A stretch of 64,000 nucleotides of DNA from Macrostomum lignano (taxonomy: Eukaryota): positions 1-64,000 of the forward strand of contig NIVC01001075.1 in NCBI GenBank assembly GCA_002269645.1, read 5' to 3'. Positions 13,601 to 25,951 of the stretch are shown here, in pieces. The position numbers were made by a program, and so were the translations under genes. The first letter of the stretch is position 1; each line of letters starts with the position of its first letter. The notes beneath the pieces are model-generated. The model searched no databases. It was not told the DNA's origin and was given only the letters and a program-made list of their open reading frames with translations.

Positions 13601-16600
13601 TAATTTACTGCAATTCCAATGGACAGAAAGAAGTACATGCAGCCGCGCCAGGTGATACTTTCACTCACAGCTCTCCATCTTCAGGTGGCACTTTTGCTTG
13701 TCCATTGGAAACTTTTTCAAGTCCATGTTGCATGAGAGCTTCACGGTGAGTCTGCAAGATTTATGGATAAAAATGTGAGGGAAGTCGGCTGGAAGGTGGG
13801 AAGCTATGTTCTGCGTATGGCCTGATGCTGAGCGGAAACTCATCCTAAACGCGCCTCATCTCATGCCTCTTAAACATGTCTCATAACAGTAGAACTACCA
13901 AAGGTTGGGGAAGGTTGTTGCGCACTTTCTCAAACAAGAATCAAGTCGCCAGCCCACCGGACAGTCGAGATATTCGACAATTCTGCCAGAAGGTCGGATT
14001 TTTCCCATAAGCGCCAGTGTATTCAGTACACCCCTGTGTGCCAATCAGCACTGCGCCTCAGTGCAGCCTTGCCAAGTCTCCAAATTTCATCAACACGTCG
14101 ACCACATGTGTCTGCATCAGCTCTGACTTTGTTGGTCACTGGCCTTCACCCAGACGGAGCTTCTGCACCTTCAACGGGTGACCAAGAAAGTTAAAGCTAA
14201 TGCAGACATACCCATACACTGTACACATCGGCAGCTAATGAGCGATCAAACGCCTTGTGCGTGACCTTCTTTGTTAAAGCTATAAATCAATAACGAAAGG
14301 TACCCCTGAAAGACGCGGAAGCGAACTCACTTTTGACTAAAAGTCACCTCGCCGCTCGGTTTAACCCTTAGCAGCAAATTCGGCGTGGTGATCTCGTGAA
14401 AATTGCCTCGTTTCTCGTTGATAAAATACAAATCAGGGACCCACAGTTCGGATTTCTTTGAGTTTAGGGTTAGCGACTCGTTGTAGCCCCGATGGGCGTA
14501 TGCCAGCCGCGTGTCGTTCCAGTACTGCCTCAGGAACATGTTGACGGAATAGTCCTGAGAACGAGGATGTTGGACAGAAATTTTAATTTATTCTTGCTTG
14601 AAAAAATCAGGAAAGGATTAAAAAACAGATGCCTCGATAAAGCATGATTTATCCTGATAAAAATAAATTACATTTTCACTAGCAATAGTTTTTCCGGTAA
14701 CAAAGAATTGAAGCAATCTCAGTAATGACAGTCAGATCCAGAATCTCAGCAATGACAGTCAGATCCAGAATCTCAGCAATGACAGTCAGATCCAGAATCT
14801 CAGCAATGACAGTCAGATCCAGAATCTCAGCAATGACAGTCAGATTCAGAATCTCAGCAATGACAGTCAGATTCAGAATCTCAGCAATGACAGTCAGATC
14901 CAGAATCTCAGCAATGACAGTCAGATTCAGAATCTCAGCAATGACAGTCAGATTCAGAATCTCAGCAATGACAGTCAGATCCAGAATCTCAGCAATGACA
15001 GTCAGATCCAGAATCTCAGTAATGACAATCAGATCCAGAATCTCAGCAATGACAGTCAGATCCAGAATCTCAGCAATGACAGTCAGATCCAGAATCTCAG
15101 CAATGACAGTCAGATCCAGAATCTCAGCAATGACAGTCAGATCCAGAATCTCAGCAATGACAGTCAGATCCAGAATCTCAGCAATGACAGTCAGATTCAG
15201 AATCTCAGCAATGACAGTCAGATTCAGAATCTCAGCAATGACAGTCAGATCCAGAATCTCAGCAATGACAGTCAGATCCAGAATCTCAGTAATGACAATC
15301 AGATCCAGAATCTCAGCAATGACAGTCAGATCCAGAATCTCAGCAATGACAGTCAGATCCAGAATCTCAGCAATGACAGTCAGATTCAGAATCTCAGCAA
15401 TGACAGTCAGATCCAGAATCTCAGCAATGACAGTCAGATCCAGAATCTCAGCAATGACAGTCAGATCCAGAATCTCAGCAATGACAGTCAGATCCAGAAT
15501 CTCAGCAATGACAGTCAGATCCAGAATCTCAGCAATGACAGTCAGATTCAGAATCTCAGCAATGACAGTCAGATTCAGAATCTCAGCAATGACAGTCAGA
15601 TCCAGAATCTCAGCAATGACAGTCAGATTCAGAATCTCAGCAATGACAGTCAGATTCAGAATCTCAGCAATGACAGTCAGATCCAGAATCTCAGCAATGA
15701 CAGTCAGATCCAGAATCTCAGTAATGACAATCAGATCCAGAATCTCAGCAATGACAGTCAGATCCAGAATCTCAGCAATGACAGTCAGATCCAGAATCTC
15801 AGCAATGACAGTCAGATTCAGAATCTCAGCAATGACAGTCAGATCCAGAATCTCAGCAATGACAGTCAGATCCAGAATCTCAGCAATGACAGTCAGATCC
15901 AGAATCTCAGCAATGACAGTCAGATCCAGAATCTCAGCAATGACAGTCAGATCCAGAATCTCAGCAATGACAGTCAGATTCAGAATCTCAGCAATGACAG
16001 TCAGATTCAGAATCTCAGCAATGACAGTCAGATCCAGAATCTCAGCAATGACAGTCAGATCCAGAATCTCAGCAATGACAGTCAGATCCAGAATCTCAGC
16101 AATGACAGTCAGATCCAGAATCTCAGTAATGACAGTCAGATGCAGAATCTCAGTAATGACAATCAGATCCAGAATCTCAGCAATGACAGTCAGATCCAGA
16201 ATCTCAGCAATGACAATCAGATCCAGAATCTCAGCAATGACAGTCAGATCCAGAATCTCAGCAATGACAGTCAGATCCAGAATCTCAGCAATGACAGTCA
16301 GATTCAGAATCTCAGCAATGACAGTCAGATTCAGAATCTCAGCAATGACAGTCAGATCCAGAATCTCAGCAATGACAGTCAGATCCAGAATCTCAGCAAT
16401 GACAGTCAGATCCAGAATCTCAGCAATGACAGTCAGATCCAGAATCTCAGTAATGACAGTCAGATGCAGAATCTCAGTAATGACAATCAGATCCAGAATC
16501 TCAGCAATGACAGTCAGATCCAGAATCTCAGCAATGACAATCAGATCCAGAATCTCAGCAAGGACAGTCAGATCCAGAATCTCAGCAATGACAGATTCAG

Positions 16601-19600
16601 AATCTCAGCAATGACAATCAGATCCAGAATCTCAGCAATGACAGTCAGATCCAGAATCTCAGCAATGACAGATTCAAAATCTCAGCAATGACAATCAGAT
16701 CCAGAATCTCAGCAATGACAGTCAGATTCAGAATCTCAGCAATGACAGTCAGATCCAGAATCTCAGCAATGACAGTCAGATCCAGAATCTCAGCAATGAC
16801 AGTCAGATCCAGAATCTCAGCAATGACAGTCAGATCCAGAATCTCAGCAATGACAGTCAGATTCAGAATCTCAGCAATGACAGTCAGATCCAGAATCTCA
16901 GCAATGACAGTCAGATTCAGAATCTCAGCAATGACAGTCAGATCCAGAATCTCAGCAATGACAGTCAGATCCAGAATCTCAGCAATGACAGTCAGATCCA
17001 GAATCTCAGCAATGACAATCAGATTCAGAATCTCAGCAATGACAGTCAGATTCAGAATCTCAGCAATGACAGTCAGATCCAGAATCTCAGCAATGACAGT
17101 CAGATCCAGAATCTCAGTAATGACAATCAGATCCAGAATCTCAGCAATGACAGTCAGATCCAGAATCTCAGCAATGACAGTCAGATCCAGAATCTCAGCA
17201 ATGACAGTCAGATCCAGAATCTCAGCAATGACAGTCAGATTCAGAATCTCAGCAATGACAGTCAGATTCAGAATCTCAGCAATGACAGTCAGATCCAGAA
17301 TCTCAGCAATGACAGTCAGATCCAGAATCTCAGCAATGACAGTCAGATCCAGAATCTCAGCAATGACAGTCAGATCCAGAATCTCAGTAATGACAGTCAG
17401 ATGCAGAATCTCAGTAATGACAATCAGATCCAGAATCTCAGCAATGACAGTCAGATCCAGAATCTCAGCAATGACAATCAGATCCAGAATCTCAGCAAGG
17501 ACAGTCAGATCCAGAATCTCAGCAATGACAGATTCAGAATCTCAGCAATGACAATCAGATCCAGAATCTCAGCAATGACAGTCAGATCCAGAATCTCAGC
17601 AATGACAGATTCAAAATCTCAGCAATGACAATCAGATCCAGAATCTCAGCAATGACAGTCAGATTCAGAATCTCAGCAATGACAGTCAGATCCAGAATCT
17701 CAGCAATGACAGTCAGATCCAGAATCTCAGCAATGACAGTCAGATTCAGAATCTCAGCAATGACAGTCAGATCCAGAATCTCAGCAATGACAGTCAGATT
17801 CAGAATCTCAGCAATGACAGTCAGATCCAGAATCTCAGCAATGACAGTCAGATTCAGAATCTCAGCAATGACAGTCAGATCCAGAATCTCAGCAATGACA
17901 GTCAGATCCAGAATCTCAGCAATGACAGTCAGATCCAGAATCTCAGCAATGACAATCAGATTCAGAATCTCAGCAATGACAGTCAGATTCAGAATCTCAG
18001 CAATGACAGTCAGATCCAGAATCTCAGCAATGACAGTCAGATCCAGAATCTCAGTAATGACAATCAGATCCAGAATCTCAGCAATGACAGTCAGATCCAG
18101 AATCTCAGCAATGACAGTCAGATCCAGAATCTCAGCAATGACAGTCAGATCCAGAATCTCAGCAATGACAGTCAGATCCAGAATCTCAGCAATGACAGTC
18201 AGATCCAGAATCTCAGCAATGACAGTCAGATTCAGAATCTCAGCAATGACAGTCAGATTCAGAATCTCAGCAATGACAGTCAGATCCAGAATCTCAGCAA
18301 TGACAGTCAGATCCAGAATCTCAGCAATGACAGTCAGATCCAGAATCTCAGCAATGACAGTCAGATCCAGAATCTCAGTAATGACAGTCAGATGCAGAAT
18401 CTCAGTAATGACAATCAGATCCAGAATCTCAGCAATGACAGTCAGATCCAGAATCTCAGCAATGACAATCAGATCCAGAATCTCAGCAAGGACAGTCAGA
18501 TCCAGAATCTCAGCAATGACAGATTCAAATCTCAGCAATGACAATCAGATCCAGAATCTCAGCAATGACAGTCAGATCCAGAATCTCAGCAATGACAGAT
18601 TCAAAATCTCAGCAATGACAATCAGATCCAGAATCTCAGCAATGACAGTCAGATTCAGAATCTCAGCAATGACAGTCAGATCCAGAATCTCAGCAATGAC
18701 AGTCAGATCCAGAATCTCAGCAATGACAGTCAGATCCAGAATCTCAGCAATGACAGTCAGATCCAGAATCTCAGCAATGACAGTCAGATTCAGAATCTCA
18801 GCAATGACAGTCAGATCCAGAATCTCATCAATGACAGTCAGATTCAGAATCTCAGCAATGACAGTCAGATCCAGAATCTCAGCAATGACAGTCAGATCCA
18901 GAATCTCAGCAATGACAGTCAGATCCAGAATCTCAGCAATGACAGTCAGATTCAGAATCTCAGCAATGACAGTCAGATCCAGAATCTCAGCAATGACAGT
19001 CAGATCCAGAATCTCAGCAATGACAGTCAGATCCAGAATCTCAGCAATGACAGTCAGATTCAGAATCTCAGCAATGACAGTCAGATCCAGAATCTCAGCA
19101 ATGACAGTCAGATTCAGAATCTCAGCAATGACAGTCAGATCCAGAATCTCAGCAATGACAGTCAGATCCAGAATCTCAGCAATGACAGTCAGATCCAGAA
19201 TCTCAGCAATGACAGTCAGATTCAGAATCTCAGCAATGACAGTCAGATCCAGAATCTCAGCAATGACAGTCAGATCCAGAATCTCAGCAATGACAGTCAG
19301 ATCCAGAATCTCAGCAATGACAGTCAGATCCAGAATCTCAGCAATGACAGCTGCTGGTAAGATTCAGAGAATGAGCACATCCCAGCAGACAGACAGAAGT
19401 CAGATATGGCGGTTGATTAAAAGTACACGATTCCGCGGTCAGTCTGCTCACTACACTACAGTGATGAGCATGAATACTAAGTGCTCAATCTCTCCAGTTT
19501 CCCACATATGCCTGCTAAAACTTCTGGCAAACACAAACAAAAGGCCTCAGAGCAGGGCATTTAGGAGCACTTCAGATAAATCTGCTTGGAAATGGCTGCG

Positions 19601-21871
19601 GCATTCAGCTCCCAATTTTCTCTCTGCATGCCCTCCTCCACTCTTCCCTACTTCCAAAAGGCTTTGCCGCCGGTTGAGAAGTTAAATGTGACGCCAATTT
19701 CCCACAGAAAACTCGCGCGTCTGCGCACTGCAGGTCGCAACTCATTTGCCACTTCTAAGAAACGAAGTTTACCCAGGGACCGACGGAAACTACTCAAACT
19801 AAGAGATCTCACAGCCTATTAGCTCATTCTGAGCGAGTGTGTACTCAATCAGAAATACGATGATTTCTATCGCTAGAAAATCGCTCTCACCATATCGATT
19901 ACGTTGATGGAACTCATCGCGTGAACCATTAGTGACACTCTGACAATGGTTGTTTTGCCTGCAATTTTTCGGTTGCAAAAGAAACACTGTAATTTATTGC
20001 ATTGGACACTGACACAAATTGAGCTACCGACACAAGAGTTGATATCATACATGTACTCAACTATTTTAGCAAGCACCAATTTTACTAATGCTATTCGTAA
20101 CAGTGCACCAACGAGATCGAATTCTCTTCACATATAGAGAAAGTGAAGTTTAGAAGAGCTTAGCCATTCACTACTTGGCCCGCATAGTAGGGCTAGGTAC
20201 TCTTAGAGCGCCGAGCTGCACTCGATGAAGATGGGACGGCAGGAGAAACTTGGGGGAACCCCCGTCCCCCTTTACCCCGGTCGCCGGGTCAGCCGTAGCG
20301 CCAGGCTCTTTGTCACGCGCCCAGACCGCCTCCCCAATGCTGTTCTCTCAATTAACTGCGACCCAAGCCAGAGACGGAGATTCTCAATCTGCAATCCAGA
20401 CTCCCTCAATTCTCTCTGCACGTAATTCTCTGGTGAGTCTCTTGAGACAACCCCAACCACCAATCCCCAACCCGGGGATAGGTGCAGGAGACAAGTTCAT
20501 ACAGTCTAACGGACGAAGGAGCTGAGGGGAAGGCAAGGGAGAATCTGGGGAAGTGGTAAATCAATGCAAGAAAATCTGGTTGGTCTGAGTCGTCTCATCC
20601 ACGACGACTGTGTTGCGATTTTCCTTGAGAAATAACCTTCGAGGAGGGGAAGGTAAAGAGAGAGACAAAGGGAAATGGGGTGAGATGAAGGGAAGGGAGA
20701 AAGATGCATAGCGAAGGAGAGAGATGCAGGGAAAGGGAGAGAGATGCAGGGAAAGGAAGAGACATGCAGGGAAAGGGAGAGAGATGCAGGGAAAGGGAGA
20801 GAGATGCAGGGAAAGGGAGAGAGATGCAGGGAAAGGGAGAGAGATGCAGGGAAAGGAAGAGAAATGCAGGGAAAGGGAGAGAGATGCAGGGAAAGGGAGA
20901 GAGATGCAGGGAAAGGGAGAGAGATGCAGGGAAAGGAAGAGACATTCAGGGAAAGGGAGAGAGATGCAGGGAAAAGAAGAGACATGCAGGGAAAGGGAGA
21001 GAGATGCAGGGAAAGGGAGAGAGATGCAGGGAAATGAAGAGAAATGCAGAGAGAAGGGAGAGAGATGCAGGGAAAGGAAGAGAAATGCAGGGAAAGGGAG
21101 AGAGATGCAGGGAAAGGAAGAGAAATGCAGGGAAAGGGAGAGAGATGCAGGGAAAGGAAGAGACATGCAGGGAAAGGGAGAGATGCAGGGAAAGGAAGAG
21201 ACATGCAGGGAAAGGAAAAGAGATGCAGAGAGAAGGGAGAGAGATGCAGGGAAAGAAAGAGACATGCAGGTAAAGGGAGAGAGATGCAGAGAGAAGGAGA
21301 GAGATGCAGGGAAAGGAAGAGAGATGCAGGGAGAAGGGGGGAGATGCAGGGAAAGGGAGAGAGATGCAGGGAAAGGGAGAGAGATGCAGGGAAAGGGAGA
21401 GACATGCAGGGAAAGGGAGAGAGATGCAGGGAAAGGGAGAGAGATGCAGGGAAAGGGAGAGAGATGCAGGGAAAGGGAGAGAGATGCAGGGAAAGGGAGA
21501 GAAACGAAGGAGCTGCATTCCTAGTGCAATTGAGTGACATCAGCACGCCCCTCACCTGTGTACATTGACGGCGGAATCGATTTGTCATATTTCTCAAATA
21601 TTTTCGCAATAAAATCGCGCATCGTGTCATTGTTGTGGCCAATTCTGAAGTGGTCATTGATTTCAATTAAACGATTAAAATGCCAGCTTTGAGTATTTTC
21701 TAGCATTTTGAGTACTTAAAAAATCGAACAGACTGCTCACCGCAGCTTAATGTCGGCTTGCAGTCCTCCGCAGAGGCAGGCAAATGCCAGGCAGCTGGCA
21801 ACGAAAAAGTCGCCCAATTGGCGACGAAGTCTTTCTCGACTGCCGCCGCTGATGCGACCGGCGGGCGGCAT
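7631..21871 (-). CDS. Cys-loop ligand-gated chloride channel subunit, glycine receptor/GluCl-like (~501 aa, 9 coding exons)
   Basis: Exons (minus): 21741-21871, 21556-21644, 19891-19958, 14331-14554, 13669-13751, 12899-13042, 12494-12723, 8692-8880, 7631-7978. All are GT-AG and phase-consistent, total 1506 nt. Motifs: signal-like [42 protein letters not shown], Cys-loop [16 protein letters not shown]1 [18 protein letters not shown]2 [17 protein letters not shown] (PAR = anion-selective), M3 [15 protein letters not shown]4 [13 protein letters not shown]. Confidence 0.93.
8048..8385. repeat. (CTCCT)n pentanucleotide microsatellite in the last intron of the chloride-channel gene
   Basis: Continuous ctcct repeats with a few 1-nt slips. 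It produces the spurious LLSSP and EERRG ORFs. Confidence 0.97.
9715..9985 (-). mobile_element. Probable tRNA-derived, CORE-type SINE (5' degenerate) in chloride-channel intron 7
   Basis: The minus strand reads B-box-like ggttcgattc, then gtgtccttgagcaagacac and cacccagctgtaaaatgggt, which resemble CORE/MIR-like SINE central motifs. No clear A box. Confidence 0.55.
14714..19350. repeat. 27-bp satellite, ~170 copies (~4.6 kb), with higher-order structure, in intron 3 of the chloride-channel gene
   Basis: Unit aatctcagcaatgacagtcagatccag; variants include ttcag, agtaatgacaatc, atgcag, aaggacag and 4-nt deletions. It explains all the [18 protein letters not shown] and AEILDLTVI ORFs. Confidence 0.98.
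20690..21505. repeat. Purine-rich 20-bp minisatellite in intron 2 of the chloride-channel gene
   Basis: Unit gagagatgcagggaaaggga, ~40 imperfect copies. Confidence 0.95.
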
Positions 21872-21910
21872 CGTTCCAGATTCGGATTCCGAATTATCTG
21901 CCGCTGTGAA

Positions 21911-22986
21911 GTGACGGGGTGGTGAGTTTATGTTTACCTGTGTCTGTAGCTTATCAGTAACGGGGTGGTGAGTTTATGTTTACCTGTGTCTGTGGCTTAT
22001 CAGTGACGGGGTGGTGAGTTTATGTTTACCTGTGTCTGTGGCTTATCAGTGACGGGGTGGTGAGTTTATGTTTACCTGTGTCTGTAGCTTATCAGTAACG
22101 GGGTGGTGAGTTTATGTTTACCTGTGTCTGTGGCTTATCAGTGACGGGGTGGTGAGTTTATGTTTACCTGTGTCTGTGGTTTATCAGTGACGGGGTGGTG
22201 AGTTTATGTTTACCTGTGTCTGTAGCTTATCAGTGACGGGGCGGTGAGTTTATGTTTACCTGTGTCTGTGGCTTATCAGTGACGGGGTGGTGAGTTTATG
22301 TTTACCTGTGTCTGTAGCTTATCAGTGACGGGGTGGTGAGTTTATGTTTACCTGTGTCTGTGGCTTATCAGTGACGGGGTGGTGAGTTTATGTTTACCTG
22401 TGTCTGTGGTTTATCAGTGACGGGGCGGTGAGTTTATGTTTACCTGTGTCTGTAGCTTATCAGTGACGGGGCGGTGAGTTTATGTTTACCTGTGTCTGTG
22501 GCTTATCAGTAACGGGGTGGTGAGTTTATGTTTACCTGTGTCTGTGGCTTATCAGTGACGGGGTGGTGAGTTTATGTTTACCTGTGTCTGTAGCTTATCA
22601 GTGACGGGGTGGTGAGTTTATGTTTACCTGTGTCTGTAGCTTATCAGTGACGGGGTGGTGAGTTTATGTTTACCTGTGTCTGTGGTTTATTAGTGACGGG
22701 GTGGTGAGTTTATGTTTACCTGTGTCTGTGGTTTATCAGTGACGGGGCGGTGAGTTTATGTTTACCTGTGTCTGTAGCTTATCAGTGACGGGGCGGTGAG
22801 TTTATGTTTACCTGTGTCTGTAGCTTATCAGTGACGGGGTGGTGAGTTTATGTTTACCTGTGTCTGTAGCTTATCAGTGACGGGGTGGTGAGTTTATGTT
22901 TACCTGTGTCTGTAGCTTATCAGTGACGGGGTGGTGAGTTTATGTTTACCTGTGTCTGTGGCTTATCAGTGACGGGGCGGTGAGTT
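21911..22986. repeat. 46-bp minisatellite, 23 full copies plus a partial copy, starting 40 bp upstream of the channel ATG
   Basis: Unit gtgacggggtggtgagtttatgtttacctgtgtctgt(a/g)gcttatca. Starts at 21911 and 22969 are exactly 23x46 apart. Confidence 0.97.
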
Positions 22987-24659
22987 TGTCTGCCTGTCTT
23001 ATTGATAAATTTAAATTTAATTTCTTTCTGATATACTGGCATTGCAATATACTCAAAATTTTGAATATTGCTTCGTAATTTCACAGTATGTCTAAAGATT
23101 TATCGTATCAGAAATTGAAAATCAGCTAATAACTGATTGATTGGGTCAGTAAAGACAGGGGATCATACAGTAAAATGGGGATTCATATCCCGCCAAACAA
23201 TGCGCCAAGCAAATCTGCCTTCGGCTTCAAGTTTCAAGTTTCAGGTTTTTTCTCCCAAATTAAATTTTCCAGCTTGGGGATCGAGTCAGCCTCCCAAAAA
23301 CCAAGCCAGCAGATCCCCGCTTGTAAAGCAGCTCCAAAGCTTTCCAAGAAACCAAAGTTTTTAAGCCGAAGCTTCCTGCTTCGCTAATTGGGGGGGGGGG
23401 GCAAAGAAGATTCCGAATTCGGGAAGAAGACAAGAAGTGAGGATTTCAAGAAGAGCGAGCTTCACCAGAAAACACCAATAAGTCAAGACAGAAGCCCTAA
23501 GGATAGAATTTTTCACCCCAGCTCTCCCAGTAGATCTTTCAGGGTTGGTTTTAAACACAGAAGTGAATTATTTATGTTTGAATTCCTTTAGTGATTGATT
23601 GTATTGGCATCTTGTGCTTGTCTTTGGCTAGATTAGCAATCTATTCTATTCCTTCATGTGTGATGTGTTGGCTAGATTAGCAATCCATTCTATTCCTTCA
23701 TTAGTGGTTGGCTAGATTAGCAATCCATTCAAATTCTTCATCAGTGATGTTGGCTAGATTAGCAATCCATTCTAATCCTAGCTACCGGTAGATTGGTGTC
23801 CAATGTTACTCGTTTCAAATTATGAATTCCAGATCAACTCATATGGACTCATAAATGTACTCATATTTATTTAGCAATCCACACAAAACTATCGCTAAGC
23901 TTGAGTATAGTAAATCTCATCGTGAGAATGTGGAGGCATCCGAGCAGGTGCCCAAGGACTGCACACCGCACAGCAAGTGTCCTCTCCTCAGTCTCCTAGA
24001 GGAATATTTCCGCATTAACTTTGCAGCAGCTCGGGGCCGGAAATTCCTTATCGATTCAAACGGGAGTCGGTTAGCTGCCGGGGGGATCTGCAGTGAATCT
24101 GAGCGGAAGGCAGCCTGTGTTTCATGCGGATAGATTCCGTTCTTGGAGACTGCATCCGGCATAAAGTCTGCTTTTAGTTCCGTTGGACAGAAGAGATAAA
24201 AAGATCGCAGATTTTTTCTGATAGATGCATTTTTATTGTAAGACACGGCTAAGCTTTACAAAGGGTGCCGCCAGACACACGGGGAAGATAACAGAGGATC
24301 TGAAAAATTGCACAACGTAATCCCCAAGCCACTCCCTGCAATATGGGCTCTCCGCTAACCCCCAAGCCCTAGCAACTGAGCCTGCTTTGACAATTGGAAT
24401 TTAAATTTAAATTATATTACATATTTTTTCCCATACCAAAAGCTATCCCAGCTCAAAACATCAATGATGCTAATTTATCTCGCAGGACGCCGACCTGTCA
24501 GAAGAGCCACCCGCAGCCTCCCTTCAGTGCCGTCTCAGGTGGCATTGCAAATGATAAATTATCAGTAGTTGCAGTGCCGCGTAAAACATTTTTAATAACT
24601 TTGCTGATTGGGCTGTTGGGGAATAAAATTATTATTGTACTTTAAACAATCCTATATGC

Positions 24660-25165
24660 AGCAAAATCTAACCTACCGATCTATTCAGAATCTACCAACT
24701 CCACGGAAAATCTACCTAATCTACTCAGAATCTACCAAATCTACGGAAAATCTACCAAATCTAATCAGCATCTATCGAATCTACTTAGAATCTACCAAAT
24801 CTACTCATACTGACTCTACTCCGAATCTATGAAATCCAATTCGAATGTACCAAATCTACCTCCGAACCTACTAAATCTACTCCGAATCAACCGAATCTAT
24901 TTAGAATCTATCAAATCTACTCCGAATCTACTGGATCTACTCAGAACCTACCAAATCTACTCAGAATCTACCAAATCTACTCCGAATCTACCAAATCTAC
25001 TCAAGAATTTACCAAATCTACTCCGAATCTACCAAATCTACTCAAGAATTTACCAAATCTACTCCGAATCTACCAAATCTACTCAAGAATTTACCAAATC
25101 TACTCTGAATCTACCAAATCTACTCCGAATCTACCAAGTCTACTCAGAATCTATCAAGTCTGCTT
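24660..25165. repeat. Degenerate 10/20-bp AT-rich tandem repeat
   Basis: Recurrent aatctaccaaatctactc(c/a)g. Confidence 0.85.
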
Positions 25166-25951
25166 CTCTAATCTACCCAAAATGTACTCCATATGTACTT
25201 CAGCTAAGTGTAAATATCCAACAAAATCAATTTACAGTGCCTTTTGTTCTATCTTCAAAACCCTTAGAATAATCTGACATTTCAGTAGTCAATGTCACTC
25301 TCCCAAAAAACAGCTTTTCCTACAAAGAATACAATTATAATCTCACCTTTTCACCTTTTTGCTCTGGGCAAGTCAACAAAAATTGCAGCAGTTTATTCAG
25401 GTGTCTGTTTCTTGAAGCTGCCCTTTTGGAGAAATTTTGAGGCGAACCTCTTTTAGGAGCAGAGTTTGCAATGCTCCCACATTTTTGGTCTCTCGGTCCG
25501 AAGCCTTTTTTGCTGTCCGCTCCTTGATTGGACAGCCGGGCAGCCAATCACGGAACATCTCGACGCTGCAAGATGGGCAGGTGTGACCGAACCTGTTCCT
25601 TGTACAGTTAGCTGCATGCTCATGACAGCGAGTGAGAGGCTGCGACACCCCGTGTGCTCTACCGCTGCTAAAGAGCTCAGCTTAATTTTTGCATTTTGTA
25701 GTCAGCCGCGTACTAACCGCAATAGACTCTGCTTAACTCTTGTACTCTAGGCATCATATAAAATCGCAAGCCCTTTCAGCACACAAACAGCATAAATGCA
25801 TAATTAAGAGGCATTTCCGTGTCAAAAAATTAGGCTGCCCAGTCGGCAACATGTCGGTAGTTTTAATTAGTCAATACTCAGGTAAGCATAAATAATTAAC
25901 TAATAAATGCAGCCAAAAAAGTCTAGGTTAAAACAAGCCGCCCGGGCGCTG

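Noticed and set aside
14460-14475. Telomere-like ttagggttag (also ~45005)
   Set aside because: Only 1-2 units, and here it lies inside a coding exon, so it is a chance match.
14725-19685. Long ORFs (629, 287, 320, 686 aa) of [18 protein letters not shown] or AEILDLTVI repeats
   Set aside because: They come from a stop-free 27-bp satellite inside a phase-consistent intron of the channel gene on the opposite strand; there is no coding evidence.
20506-21666. Stacked ORFs of 190-386 aa ([21 protein letters not shown])
   Set aside because: Translations of the 20-bp purine-rich array in channel intron 2.
21911-22986. CRISPR-like appearance of regular 39-46-bp repeat arrays (also 43656-44400 and 59385-60286)
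   Set aside because: The units are contiguous with no unique spacers, there are no cas genes, and the context is eukaryotic.
25520-25680. Inverted CCAAT pair (gattgg...ccaatc) and a tRNA D-arm-like tagcagcggtagagcac on the minus strand
   Set aside because: No transcription start, no convincing B box and no cloverleaf; too weak to call a promoter, tRNA or SINE.
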